NCBI GenBank assembly: GCA_049509335.1
Contig: JBEKZZ010000016.1
Span: 3,243-67,242 of the forward strand
Direction of reading: 5' to 3'
Origin: Bradyrhizobium sp.
GTDB taxonomy: Bacteria; Pseudomonadota; Alphaproteobacteria; Rhizobiales; Xanthobacteraceae
DNA length: 64,000 nucleotides
Position numbers and translations under genes: made by a program. Positions 19,834-29,254 of the stretch are shown one piece after another. The notes under the pieces are model-generated. The model was given only the letters and a program-made list of their open reading frames with translations, made no database searches and had not been told where the DNA came from. Position 1 is the first letter of the stretch, and the number at the start of each line of letters is the position of its first letter.

Positions 19834-20583
19834 ATGGAATGGACTGACGAAGGCATCGTGCTCGGGGTGCGGCGGCATGGCGAATCTTCCGCCATTGTCG
19901 AACTCCTGACGCGCAGCCATGGCAGGCATCTTGGCTTGGTGCGCGGCGGCGCAGGAAAACGGATGCGTCCTTTGTTACAGCCCGGCAACAGTGTCTCGGC
20001 GGTGTGGCGGGCGCGGCTGGACGAGCACCTCGGATATTATTTGATTGAAGGCACGCGGCTGCGTGCGGCGAATCTGTTTGCCTTCTCGCACGCGGTCTAT
20101 GGTGTGACGCATCTCGCATCATTGGCGCGGCTGCTGCCTGAGCGCGACCCGCATGAGGACATCTACGAGATGCTCGATCACATGCTGGATGATTTCGACG
20201 ATGCGAGCGGGGCGGCCGCGCATCTGATCCGGTTTGAACTCGCGATGCTCGCCGAACTCGGCTTCGGGCTCGATCTCGAAACTTGTGCGGCAACGGGTGC
20301 GACCGCTGATCTGGTCTACGTGTCGCCCAAATCCGGCGGCGCGGTATCGCGCAGCGCCGGCGCGCCGTTCCACGACCGGCTGCTGCGGCTGCCGGCCTTT
20401 TTGCGTCAAAGCGAAAGGGGCGCAACCGGCTGGTCGGAAGAGGATTTACGCGATGGATTTGCGCTGACCGGGCTTTTTTTGATGCGCCACGTGCTGGAGC
20501 CTCGCGGGCAGGGGCATTCCGACGCCCGCGACGGTTTTATCAACGCGGTCACAAGGCCTCGCGCGAAGCTTGCGGTTTCGTAG
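19834..20583 (+). CDS. recO: DNA repair protein RecO
   Basis: [32 protein letters not shown]...YVSPKSG; follows rnc-era. Confidence 0.95.
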   Translation: MEWTDEGIVLGVRRHGESSAIVELLTRSHGRHLGLVRGGAGKRMRPLLQPGNSVSAVWRARLDEHLGYYLIEGTRLRAANLFAFSHAVYGVTHLASLARLLPERDPHEDIYEMLDHMLDDFDDASGAAAHLIRFELAMLAELGFGLDLETCAATGATADLVYVSPKSGGAVSRSAGAPFHDRLLRLPAFLRQSERGATGWSEEDLRDGFALTGLFLMRHVLEPRGQGHSDARDGFINAVTRPRAKLAVS

Positions 20584-20664
20584 CGCCACGCCACAGCCTA
20601 AATTGGACTGCTGATTCGCAAAAAGCCCATTTCTTACCGACTAGAATCCGGATAACGCCTTCCC

Positions 20665-22917
20665 ATGGGAAAACGAACACCTCCGCCTGAGCCAGCCGAA
20701 ATTCACGAGGTCATGCTGCGCGACGCGCTCGAAGAGCGCTATCTCGCTTATGCGCTTTCGACCATCACGGGCCGCGCGCTGCCGGATGCCCGCGACGGGC
20801 TGAAGCCGGTGCATCGGCGCATCCTGTACGGCATGCGGTCGCTCAGCCTTAACCCCGGTTCAGTTCCGAAGAAGTCGGCCAAGATCGTCGGCGAAGTGAT
20901 GGGCTCGTACCATCCCCATGGCGACCAGGCGATCTACGACGCCATGGTGCGGCTGGCGCAGGATTTCGCCTCGCGTTACCCGCTGGTCGACGGCCAAGGC
21001 AATTTCGGCAATATCGACGGCGATAATCCGGCCGCGATGCGCTACACCGAGGCGCGGCTCACCGATGTCGCTCGCCTCCTGCTTGAAGGCATCGACGAAG
21101 ACGCGGTCGAGCTCAAGCCGACCTATGACAACAGCGGCAAGGAACCCTCGGTTCTCCCGGGCGGCTTTCCGAACCTGCTCGCCAACGGCTCGCAGGGTAT
21201 TGCGGTCGGCATGGCGACCTCGATCCCGCCGCACAACGCAGCGGAACTCTGCGAAGCCGCGCTGCACCTGATCGACAAGCCGGACGCGAAATCCAAGTCG
21301 CTTCTGAAATGGGTCAAGGGCCCGGACTTTCCGACCGGCGGTATTGTCGTCGATTCGAAAGAATCCATAACCGAAGCCTATGTCACCGGGCGGGGCTCGT
21401 TCCGCGTGCGCTCGAAATGGAGTCAGGAAGAGGGTGCGCGGGGCACCTGGGTGATCGTGATCACCGAGATTCCGTGGCTGGTGCAGAAATCGCGCCTGGT
21501 CGAGAAGATCGCCGAACTCCTGAACGAGAAGAAACTGCCGCTGGTCGGCGACGTTCGCGACGAGTCCGCCGAAGACATTCGCCTCGTCATCGAGCCAAAG
21601 TCGCGCGCGGTCGATCCTGAACTGCTGATGGAGTCGCTGTTCCGGTTGACCGAGCTGGAAAGCCGGATTCCGCTGAACCTCAACGTGCTGATCAAGGGCC
21701 GCATTCCGAAGGTCGTCGGATTAGCCGAAACCTTACGGGAATGGCTGGACCATCTGCGCGATGTGCTGATCCGTCGCTCCAACTACCGCAAGGGCCAGAT
21801 CGAGCACCGGCTGGAAATCCTTGGCGGGTACCTGATCGCCTATCTCAACATCGACAAGGTGATCAAGATCATCCGCACCGAGGACGAGCCGAAGCCGGTG
21901 TTGATCAAGGCGTTCAAGCTTACCGAAATCCAGGCCGAGGCTATCCTCAACATGCGCCTGCGAAACTTGCGCAAGCTCGAGGAAATGGAAATCCGGGGTG
22001 AAGACAAGGACCTTCGCGCCGAATTGAAGGGCATCAAGGGGCTGCTCGGCTCGGAGGCCGAGCAATGGACGAAGATCGGCGAACAGGTGCGGAAAGTCCG
22101 CGACATGTTCGGGCCGAAAACGCCGCTCGGCAAACGCCGCACGCAATTTGCCGATGCGCCCGAGCACGATCTCGCCGCGATCGAAGAAGCCTTTGTCGAA
22201 CGCGAGCCGGTCACGATCGTGATTTCCGAGAAGGGCTGGGTGCGTACGCTCAAGGGTCACAGCGCCGATCTCGCAGGCCTCACCTTCAAGACCGACGACA
22301 AGCTAGACCATGCGTTCTTCGCCGAGACCACCTCGAAACTGCTGCTATTCGGCACCAACGGCAAATTCTACTCGCTCGACGTAGCGAAACTGCCGGGCGG
22401 CCGCGGCCACGGCGAACCGATCCGCATGTTCATCGATCTCGATCAGGATGCTGCGATCGTGTCGCTGTTCGTCAACAAAGGCGGCCGCAAATTCCTGATC
22501 GCAAGCGGGGAAGGCCAAGGCTTCATCGTCAACGAGGAGGATTGCGTCGGCAACACCCGAAAGGGCAAGCAGGTGCTTAATGTCGAGATGCCGAACGAGG
22601 CGTGCGCGATCGCTACCGTCGTAGGCGACAGGGTCGCGGTCATCGGCACCAACCACAAGATGGTGATCTTCCCGATCGATCAGGTGCCGGAGATGGCGCG
22701 CGGCCGCGGCGTGCGCCTGCAGAAATACACCAGCGCCACGTTGTCGGATGTCACTGTCTTCGATTCCAAGGTCGGTTTGACCTGGAAGGATTCCGCCGGC
22801 CGCGAACAAAGCATGACGTCAAAAGAGTTGACCGACTGGAACGGCAACCGCGCCGATGCCGGCCGTCTCGCGCACGGCCTGCCGAAGTCGAACAAGTTCG
22901 GCAAGGCGGTGGACTAA
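20665..22917 (+). CDS. parC: DNA topoisomerase IV subunit A
   Basis: [26 protein letters not shown] (catalytic Tyr); 750 aa with ParC-type CTD. Confidence 0.94.
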   Translation: MGKRTPPPEPAEIHEVMLRDALEERYLAYALSTITGRALPDARDGLKPVHRRILYGMRSLSLNPGSVPKKSAKIVGEVMGSYHPHGDQAIYDAMVRLAQDFASRYPLVDGQGNFGNIDGDNPAAMRYTEARLTDVARLLLEGIDEDAVELKPTYDNSGKEPSVLPGGFPNLLANGSQGIAVGMATSIPPHNAAELCEAALHLIDKPDAKSKSLLKWVKGPDFPTGGIVVDSKESITEAYVTGRGSFRVRSKWSQEEGARGTWVIVITEIPWLVQKSRLVEKIAELLNEKKLPLVGDVRDESAEDIRLVIEPKSRAVDPELLMESLFRLTELESRIPLNLNVLIKGRIPKVVGLAETLREWLDHLRDVLIRRSNYRKGQIEHRLEILGGYLIAYLNIDKVIKIIRTEDEPKPVLIKAFKLTEIQAEAILNMRLRNLRKLEEMEIRGEDKDLRAELKGIKGLLGSEAEQWTKIGEQVRKVRDMFGPKTPLGKRRTQFADAPEHDLAAIEEAFVEREPVTIVISEKGWVRTLKGHSADLAGLTFKTDDKLDHAFFAETTSKLLLFGTNGKFYSLDVAKLPGGRGHGEPIRMFIDLDQDAAIVSLFVNKGGRKFLIASGEGQGFIVNEEDCVGNTRKGKQVLNVEMPNEACAIATVVGDRVAVIGTNHKMVIFPIDQVPEMARGRGVRLQKYTSATLSDVTVFDSKVGLTWKDSAGREQSMTSKELTDWNGNRADAGRLAHGLPKSNKFGKAVD

Positions 22918-23044
22918 CCCTGATTTCCCGATACCGCGTGATGGCGAAAATCACCATTGTTTACGCGGCGCCTGTCACGCTAGGGTGGTGTGGAGGGGTT
23001 ATAAGGTCCAAAGCCCAGCAACCAAAAAATCGGGGAGAGACAGC

Positions 23045-23872
23045 GTGAAGCGAACAGTTGGTTTTGTGGCAGCGGCCCTGTGCTTCGTGGCGGCCGATCT
23101 CACCTCGGCCCAGTCCGCCCAGGCGGGCGTCGAGAGGCTCTACGTTCTCAATTGCGGCGAGGGCGTTGCCGGCGACATCTCGCGCTGGTCGCCCGGCGTC
23201 AATGAAGGCAAGTCGATGGACTTCGTCGACAACTGCTATCTGATCAAGCACAGCCAGGGCTGGTTCCTGTGGGACACCGGCATTACCGACGCGGTCGCAG
23301 CGATGCCGAACGGGCTTGCTCCCGCTGATCCGAAAGCGGTCACCTGGCATCGGCCGAAGACGCTGGCTTCCCAATTGGAGCAGTTGGGCGTCAAGCCGTC
23401 CGACATCAAGGCGATGGCAATCTCGCATACCCATCCCGACCATATCGGCAATGTCGAGATGTTCCCGGACACGATGCTGTATGTGCAGAAGGTCGAATAT
23501 GAGTGGCCGGGCGCTAACAACGCGCCGCGCTTCAAGCCGGAGCACCCTGTCACCAAGCTGGAAGGCGATCGCGACATTTTTGGCGACGGCAGCCTCGTCA
23601 TTCTCTCAACGCCCGGCCATACGCCGGGACATCAGTCGCTGCTTGTGAAGCTGCCGAAGACCGGCGAGGTCGTTCTTTCCGGAGATGCGGTGCATTTCAC
23701 GAGCAATTGGGAAAACCGGGGCGTGCCCGTCAACAATTTCAGCAAGGAACAGACGCTGGCGTCGATGCAGAAGATCGCGGACCGGCTTGCCCAGGACAAG
23801 GCGCAGCTCTGGATCAATCACGACAAGGCCCAGCGCGACACGTTGAAGATGTCGCCGGAGTTTTATGAGTAA
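23045..23872 (+). CDS. Secreted N-acyl-homoserine-lactonase-like metallo-beta-lactamase-fold hydrolase
   Basis: GTG start after GGGGAGA; signal peptide ending AQA; HTHPDH, TPGHTPGH, GDAVH and WINHD metal ligands. Confidence 0.85.
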   Translation: MKRTVGFVAAALCFVAADLTSAQSAQAGVERLYVLNCGEGVAGDISRWSPGVNEGKSMDFVDNCYLIKHSQGWFLWDTGITDAVAAMPNGLAPADPKAVTWHRPKTLASQLEQLGVKPSDIKAMAISHTHPDHIGNVEMFPDTMLYVQKVEYEWPGANNAPRFKPEHPVTKLEGDRDIFGDGSLVILSTPGHTPGHQSLLVKLPKTGEVVLSGDAVHFTSNWENRGVPVNNFSKEQTLASMQKIADRLAQDKAQLWINHDKAQRDTLKMSPEFYE

Positions 23873-24770
23873 GGTAATTTCACCTCTCGACCAACAGCGC
23901 CGTCGGGGGCGCCATATTGCGGCAGCGCTCGTTGCCGCATCGATGATGATTGTCACCGCTTCTGCGCGAGCCGAACCTGAGTGGAAAATCGCCTTTTATG
24001 ACGACATCCGCATTGAAGTCGCCGTGGAGGGCCGCGGGCCGCTCATCGTCATGTTGCCTTCGCGCGGTCGCGGCGCGGGGGATTTCGATGAAGTTGCGGG
24101 AGAACTGGTCAAAGCCGGTTTTCGCGTGTTGAGGCCGCAGCCACGGGGCGCTGCATTAAGCCTCGGGCCGATGCAAAATCTAACGCTTCACGATTTGGCC
24201 CGCGATGTCGCCGCCGTCATCCGCAACGCGGGCGATGGCGGTCCCGCAATTATCGTGGGCCATGCTTTTGGCAGCTGGGTCGCGCGCATGACAGCCATCG
24301 ATCATCCCGACCTTGTGCGTGGCGTGGTGATGGCCGCCGCAGCAGCCAAGACCTATCCGGCCGGGTTCGACGGCGCGAAGGAATTGTCGGAAGCGGTGCG
24401 AAAATCCGGCGATTTCACGCTGACGGATAGCGAGCGGCTGGAATATCTGCGACGGGCTTTCTTCGCCCCGAACAGCGACGCAAAGGTTTGGCTTCAGGGT
24501 TGGCATCCGGCCGCGGACGAAGTGCAGTCGGTCGCCGGCCGTGCCACCAAACAATCCGAATGGTGGTCGGGCGGCACTGTACCGTTGCTCGATCTTCAAG
24601 GTGAACTTGATCCTTTCAAGCCTCGCGCCACGGCAAACGAGATGCGTGAGGAGTTCGGCGAGCGCGTCTCGGTCGTGGTGATACCAAACGCCAGCCATGC
24701 CCTGCTGCCGGAGCAGCCGGATGCGGTCGTCAATGCGATCCGTGCCTGGATCGGCAAGCTTCCGCAATAA
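23865..24770 (+). CDS. Alpha/beta-hydrolase-fold protein with atypical GHAFG nucleophile elbow
   Basis: RVLRPQPRG, VGHAFG, LQGELD, ASHALLPEQP; N-terminal signal-like segment. Confidence 0.8.
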   Translation: MSKVISPLDQQRRRGRHIAAALVAASMMIVTASARAEPEWKIAFYDDIRIEVAVEGRGPLIVMLPSRGRGAGDFDEVAGELVKAGFRVLRPQPRGAALSLGPMQNLTLHDLARDVAAVIRNAGDGGPAIIVGHAFGSWVARMTAIDHPDLVRGVVMAAAAAKTYPAGFDGAKELSEAVRKSGDFTLTDSERLEYLRRAFFAPNSDAKVWLQGWHPAADEVQSVAGRATKQSEWWSGGTVPLLDLQGELDPFKPRATANEMREEFGERVSVVVIPNASHALLPEQPDAVVNAIRAWIGKLPQ

Positions 24771-24774
24771 GGCC

Positions 24775-25968
24775 TCATGGATTTGTGGGGTCAGGCACTG
24801 GTTGTCCCGAGGCCGGCCTTAACAGGAAAAGCGCCGCCAACGCCGAAAGACTGAGTGCGGCGGAGACGATCAGGACCTTGATTCCGATCAGGTCGATCAA
24901 CAAGCCGAATGCCAGCGGTGCGGCGGCTTGCGCCATTCGCGCCGGCGCGCCGATCAGGCCGAGGCGATAACCGTAATCCTTGGGGCCGAAGATCGCCAAG
25001 GGGAGGGTGCCGCGTGCGATCGTCAGGATGCCGTTGCCCATTCCAAAAAAGACCGCAAACGCGCTGGCGGCTGTTCCGCCAAATACCGCGAGGGTTGCCG
25101 CGCCAATCGGATGGGTGAGGCAGGCGAGCCGCGTCGAGACCAGCGGATGGTAGCGTTTGAGAAACGTCGCTTCGAGGATGCGCGCGAGTACCTGCGCCGG
25201 ACCGAACAAAGCGCCGGCCGCCACCGCCTGCACGGCGGTCGCGCCCCCGGCCTCGAGAATGCGCGGCATGTGCGCGGCCATCGCGCCGGTCACGGTCCAC
25301 CCCGCCGCAAAAGTAAACGCCAGCAGGATCATGGTGCGATCGATGGGAATATGAGGCTTGATCGCGTTGGCGGCGGCTACCTTCGCGCCCGCAACCTTCG
25401 GCAACATGAAAAAATTGATCGGCAGGCCGATCAGGATATGCGCCGCCGCCCAGGCAAAACAGGTGTTGCGCCAGCCGATGTGATCGAGGCCGAACGCGGT
25501 CAGCGGCCATCCGACGGTGGAAGCAAAGCCGGCCATCAGCGTGATGCCGGTGATGGGCCCGCGCGCGGCGTCGCCATAGATGCGTCCCAGTGCCGCGAAG
25601 GCCGCATCATACAGGCCATAGCCCATGCCGACGCCGAGCAGAATCCAGGCCACGACAAGCAAGGGAATCGAGCCCGAGACGCCGAGCAACACCAGACCCG
25701 CCGCGATCGAAAGGTTGGAGGTGCACAACACCGGCCGTCCGCCAAACAGGTCGATCTGCCGGCCGATGCGGGGGCCAAGCAGGGCCGAGATCACCAGCGC
25801 CGCCGAGAAGGCGGCGAAGATCCAGTTGGCGGACATGCCGAGGTCGCGCCCGATCGGATCGGCGAGGATCGCAGGCAGGTAGTAGCTCGAAGCCCATGCC
25901 AGCGTCTGCGTGGTGCCGAGCCCCAGAATGATCGGGAATCGGCGGGTGGCTTGATCAGACGCCATCAA
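24775..25968 (-). CDS. MFS transporter (ArsK-like)
   Basis: About 12 TM; LGTTQTLAWASSYYLPAILA, ITLMAGFASTVGWP; lies near the ars operon. Confidence 0.78.
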   Translation of the reverse strand: MMASDQATRRFPIILGLGTTQTLAWASSYYLPAILADPIGRDLGMSANWIFAAFSAALVISALLGPRIGRQIDLFGGRPVLCTSNLSIAAGLVLLGVSGSIPLLVVAWILLGVGMGYGLYDAAFAALGRIYGDAARGPITGITLMAGFASTVGWPLTAFGLDHIGWRNTCFAWAAAHILIGLPINFFMLPKVAGAKVAAANAIKPHIPIDRTMILLAFTFAAGWTVTGAMAAHMPRILEAGGATAVQAVAAGALFGPAQVLARILEATFLKRYHPLVSTRLACLTHPIGAATLAVFGGTAASAFAVFFGMGNGILTIARGTLPLAIFGPKDYGYRLGLIGAPARMAQAAAPLAFGLLIDLIGIKVLIVSAALSLSALAALFLLRPASGQPVPDPTNP

Positions 25969-26091
25969 ATTTCCTGAAAGGCGTTAGCCCCCTGTTATTT
26001 TCAGAAACGCATTTTTGGCGTTGGTCGCGCAGGCGTCAACACCTGTCCATGGCGGACGCATGCGCTGAGCGAACATGGGCCGTTGCGCGCC

Positions 26092-26403
26092 TCAATCGCC
26101 TTTAGCGCGTTCCTTGATGATCAAGCCAATCGTCATCATCGCGATCGCGCCGATCACCGCGCCCGTCAGCGCTTCGGACGCGAATACCTGGACATGAGTG
26201 GGTGCGTTCAGGGTTCCGCTTCCGGTGACCATGGTTGCGGCGTAGGTCTGCAAAGCGAGCCCGCCAACGGCGCCGCTTACCAGTCCAACAAGGCTATGTC
26301 CCCAGAACCCGAACCGGTGCTCATGGGCTGCAGCGGCAGCGATATGCGATCCAATCAGCCCAGCCACGGTCTGGATGATCAGGTTGGCAAAAGTCCACTC
26401 CAT
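26092..26403 (-). CDS. Small Gly-rich membrane protein
   Basis: Three hydrophobic Gly/Ala-rich helices; GGGGGA RBS. Confidence 0.65.
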   Translation of the reverse strand: MEWTFANLIIQTVAGLIGSHIAAAAAHEHRFGFWGHSLVGLVSGAVGGLALQTYAATMVTGSGTLNAPTHVQVFASEALTGAVIGAIAMMTIGLIIKERAKGD

Positions 26404-26462
26404 CTGACGGCTTCCCCCTTTTAAGTTCAGAATCGAATCGCACGGACATTGATTCCAGGCAA

Positions 26463-26500
26463 TTGACTTCGCCGTTATATATCGATAGTTCCGGATATAT
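26463..26500 (+). promoter_or_regulatory. ars promoter with imperfect inverted repeat (putative ArsR operator)
   Basis: TTGACT -35 box and ATATATCG..CGGATATAT dyad abutting the arsR ATG. Confidence 0.55.
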
Positions 26501-26867
26501 GGAAATAGAGAAAACAGTTATGGCGCTGGCCGCCCTGGCGCAGCCGACCCGGCTCGAAGCCTTTCGTCTTCTTGTCCGTCATGAGCCGAAGGGGCTCGCC
26601 GCCGGCGAGATCGCCCGCGAATTGGCCGTGCCGCAAAACACGATGTCGTCGCATCTGGCCGTGCTGTCGCGAGCCGGCTTGATTTCGGCGCGGCGTTTCA
26701 GCCGTTCGATCATTTACCGGGCCGAACTTTCGCAGTTCCGTGCCGTGATCCTGTTCATGCTGAGGGATTGCTGTGACGGCCGGCCCGAAATCTGCGCGCC
26801 CTTGATCGAAGAGCTGATGCCCTGTTGTCCACCGGCCCCCAAGAAGCGCGCTCATGCAAAACTTTGA
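26499..26867 (+). CDS. arsR: ArsR-family As(III)-responsive repressor
   Basis: ALAQPTRLEAFRLL HTH; C-terminal DCCDGRPEIC Cys triad. Confidence 0.9.
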   Translation: MEIEKTVMALAALAQPTRLEAFRLLVRHEPKGLAAGEIARELAVPQNTMSSHLAVLSRAGLISARRFSRSIIYRAELSQFRAVILFMLRDCCDGRPEICAPLIEELMPCCPPAPKKRAHAKL

Positions 26868-27552
26868 CCTGACCCGCCGTCTGGCCGCGGAGGCGCTCGG
26901 CACTGCATTTCTGGTAGCGACCGTCGTTGGTTCCGGCATCATGGCCGAAAGCTTGACGAAGGATGTCGCGTTGGCGCTGCTCGGCAACACGCTTCCGACC
27001 GGCGCGATTCTGGTCGTGTTGATCACCATTCTGGGGCCGATATCGGGCGCGCATTTCAACCCGGCGGTCACCATGGTCTTCGCACTCAAGCGCGAACTCT
27101 TGCCAGCCGAGGCACTGGGTTATGTTCTGGCGCAGATCGCAGGTGGCATCGCCGGGACGCTGATGGCGCATGCGATGTTTGCATTGCCGCTGTGGGACGC
27201 TTCGCTGAAGGCGCGGACCGGCGGGCCGCAGTGGCTGGCAGAAGGCGTCGCCGCCTTTGGCCTTGTCGTGACCATTCTGGCGGGGCTGAAGTTCAACCGG
27301 CCGGCCATCGCCTGGCTGGTCGGTCTCTACATCACCGCGGCCTACTGGTTCACATCCTCCACGTCGTTCGCAAATCCCGCTGTTGCCATCGCAAGGTCGT
27401 TGACGAACACGTTCTCCGGCATTCGGCCGGCCGATCTTCCCGGATTCATTGCCGCCGAACTTGCTGGCGCGCTCGCAGCGCTCTGGCTGATGAATTGGTT
27501 GCTGCGGCCCGGCGGCGAGAAAATTGAGCTGCCCAAGGAGTTTCGCGCATGA
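26854..27552 (+). CDS. aqpS: Aquaglyceroporin arsenite channel
   Basis: SGAHFNPAVT and SFANPAVA NPA boxes; between arsR and arsC. Confidence 0.85.
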   Translation: MQNFDLTRRLAAEALGTAFLVATVVGSGIMAESLTKDVALALLGNTLPTGAILVVLITILGPISGAHFNPAVTMVFALKRELLPAEALGYVLAQIAGGIAGTLMAHAMFALPLWDASLKARTGGPQWLAEGVAAFGLVVTILAGLKFNRPAIAWLVGLYITAAYWFTSSTSFANPAVAIARSLTNTFSGIRPADLPGFIAAELAGALAALWLMNWLLRPGGEKIELPKEFRA

Positions 27553-27950
27553 GCGTCACGATCTATCACAACCCCTCCTGCGGTATCTCGCGAAATACGT
27601 TGGCGATGATCCGCCAGAGCGGGGAGGAGCCGGAAGTCATCGAATATCTGAAAACGCCGCCGGACCGCGCGCGGCTGACCGCGTTGATCCAGGCGATGGG
27701 CATTTCCGTCCGTGCGTTGCTGCGCGAGAAAGGCACGCCCTATGCCGAGCTTGGGCTGGCCGATTCCAAATGGAGCGACGACGAACTGATCGATTTCATG
27801 CTGGCGCATCCGATCCTGATCAACCGGCCGATCGTGGTGACCGCGAAAGGCACAAAACTATGCCGGCCCTCGGAAGCGGTGCTGGATCTTCTGGACCGGC
27901 CCGTGACGTCTTTCTTCAAGGAAGACGGCGACAAGGTTACCCGGACATAG
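27549..27950 (+). CDS. arsC: Glutaredoxin-dependent arsenate reductase
   Basis: IYHNPSCGISRNTL, HPILINRPIV, LCRPSE. Confidence 0.95.
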   Translation: MSVTIYHNPSCGISRNTLAMIRQSGEEPEVIEYLKTPPDRARLTALIQAMGISVRALLREKGTPYAELGLADSKWSDDELIDFMLAHPILINRPIVVTAKGTKLCRPSEAVLDLLDRPVTSFFKEDGDKVTRT

Positions 27951-28000
27951 GGCGAGCCGCAGGTCTTTCCGCCGTCGCGATCGCGCGGCATAATCCCCTC

Positions 28001-29254
28001 ATGGAACTTACCACCCGCCTGGAGATGACGAACTGGCTGGCAAGCCAGGGCCTCACCGGCCTGTCCGAAAACGATCTGGTCCGCGGCTTTTGCGAGCGCT
28101 GCTGCGCCGCAGGCCTCGATCTGTCGTGCAGCCTGATCTTTATCGACACGCTGCACCCGATCTTCGAGGGACGCGGATTTCGCTGGAACGATTCCGAGAC
28201 CAACGAGGCCGATTCCTTCGAATATGGGCCGACCGGCGACAATGATGACACCTGGCGCCGTTCGGTTTTCTTCCACATGCTTGAGCATGGACATGACGAG
28301 CTACGGCTCGAGCTGACCGATCAAGCCGCGGTCAAATTTTCAAGGGTCTCCGAACTCATGGAAAAAGGCCACCGGCATATGCTGGGCTTTGTCCATCGTT
28401 TCGGCGAGAGTGGCGCGCTCGGGCAGATGGACTGTTTCTATTCCTATTGGCTGACCCGGCGCGCCGAAGGATTCAATGACAACGAACTCGCGGCCTTGCG
28501 CGATCTGGTCCCGGTGCTGGGGCTGGTCATCAAGTCGGCCCAGCAGGTCGATATCGTGCGAACCCTGGGGCGGGTTTATCTCGGGCGCGATGCTTCCGAG
28601 CGGGTCTTGCACGGGAAGATTTCGCGCGGCGTCACCGAGCAGATCAACGCTGTCTTGTGGTTTTCCGATCTGCGCGGGTCGACCTCCATCACCGAAAGCA
28701 TTTCTCCCGACGAGATCATCCCGTTCCTCAACGACTACGCGCAAGCCGCCATCGACGCCATCCACGATTCCGGCGGCGACGTACTCAAACTGATCGGCGA
28801 CGGCGTGCTCGCGATGTTCACGGGTGAAAACCTGGCTCATTCCAAGCGGGCGGCACTGCGGGCCGAGCATCGCTTTCGCCTCAACATGATTGCGCTCAAC
28901 GCAAAACGGGGCGCTGAGGGAAGGGCGGTCACCTCGGCCTATGTCGGCCTGCATGTCGGTGAGGTGTTTTATGGCAATATAGGCCATGACGACCGACTGG
29001 ATTTCACCGTGGTGGGACCGGCGGTGAACGAGGTCAGCCGCATCTCCTCGATGTGCCGTTCGGTCGATCGCGAATTATTGGTTTCGGCGGCCTTTCGCGA
29101 CGGTCTCGATGCCGCCGGGCAACGTTATCTCGTCTCCACCGGCCGCTTTGCGCTGCGCGGTATCGGGCGCGCGCAGGATCTCTACACGCTCGAACCGGCG
29201 ATTTCGACCGATGAAGCCCTGGCCGGGCGCTACGAACTTTATCTCAGGGGTTAA
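28001..29254 (+). CDS. Class III adenylate/guanylate cyclase with N-terminal GAF-like region
   Basis: FSDLRGST, KLIGDGVLA, GNIG..RLDFTVVGPAVNEVSR. Confidence 0.9.
   Translation: MELTTRLEMTNWLASQGLTGLSENDLVRGFCERCCAAGLDLSCSLIFIDTLHPIFEGRGFRWNDSETNEADSFEYGPTGDNDDTWRRSVFFHMLEHGHDELRLELTDQAAVKFSRVSELMEKGHRHMLGFVHRFGESGALGQMDCFYSYWLTRRAEGFNDNELAALRDLVPVLGLVIKSAQQVDIVRTLGRVYLGRDASERVLHGKISRGVTEQINAVLWFSDLRGSTSITESISPDEIIPFLNDYAQAAIDAIHDSGGDVLKLIGDGVLAMFTGENLAHSKRAALRAEHRFRLNMIALNAKRGAEGRAVTSAYVGLHVGEVFYGNIGHDDRLDFTVVGPAVNEVSRISSMCRSVDRELLVSAAFRDGLDAAGQRYLVSTGRFALRGIGRAQDLYTLEPAISTDEALAGRYELYLRG

Noticed and set aside
27524-28000. 576-aa ORF suggesting a long N-terminal extension or ArsC-cyclase fusion
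   Set aside because: The extension overlaps arsC in another frame and reads as shadow sequence; the real cyclase start is most likely ATG 28001
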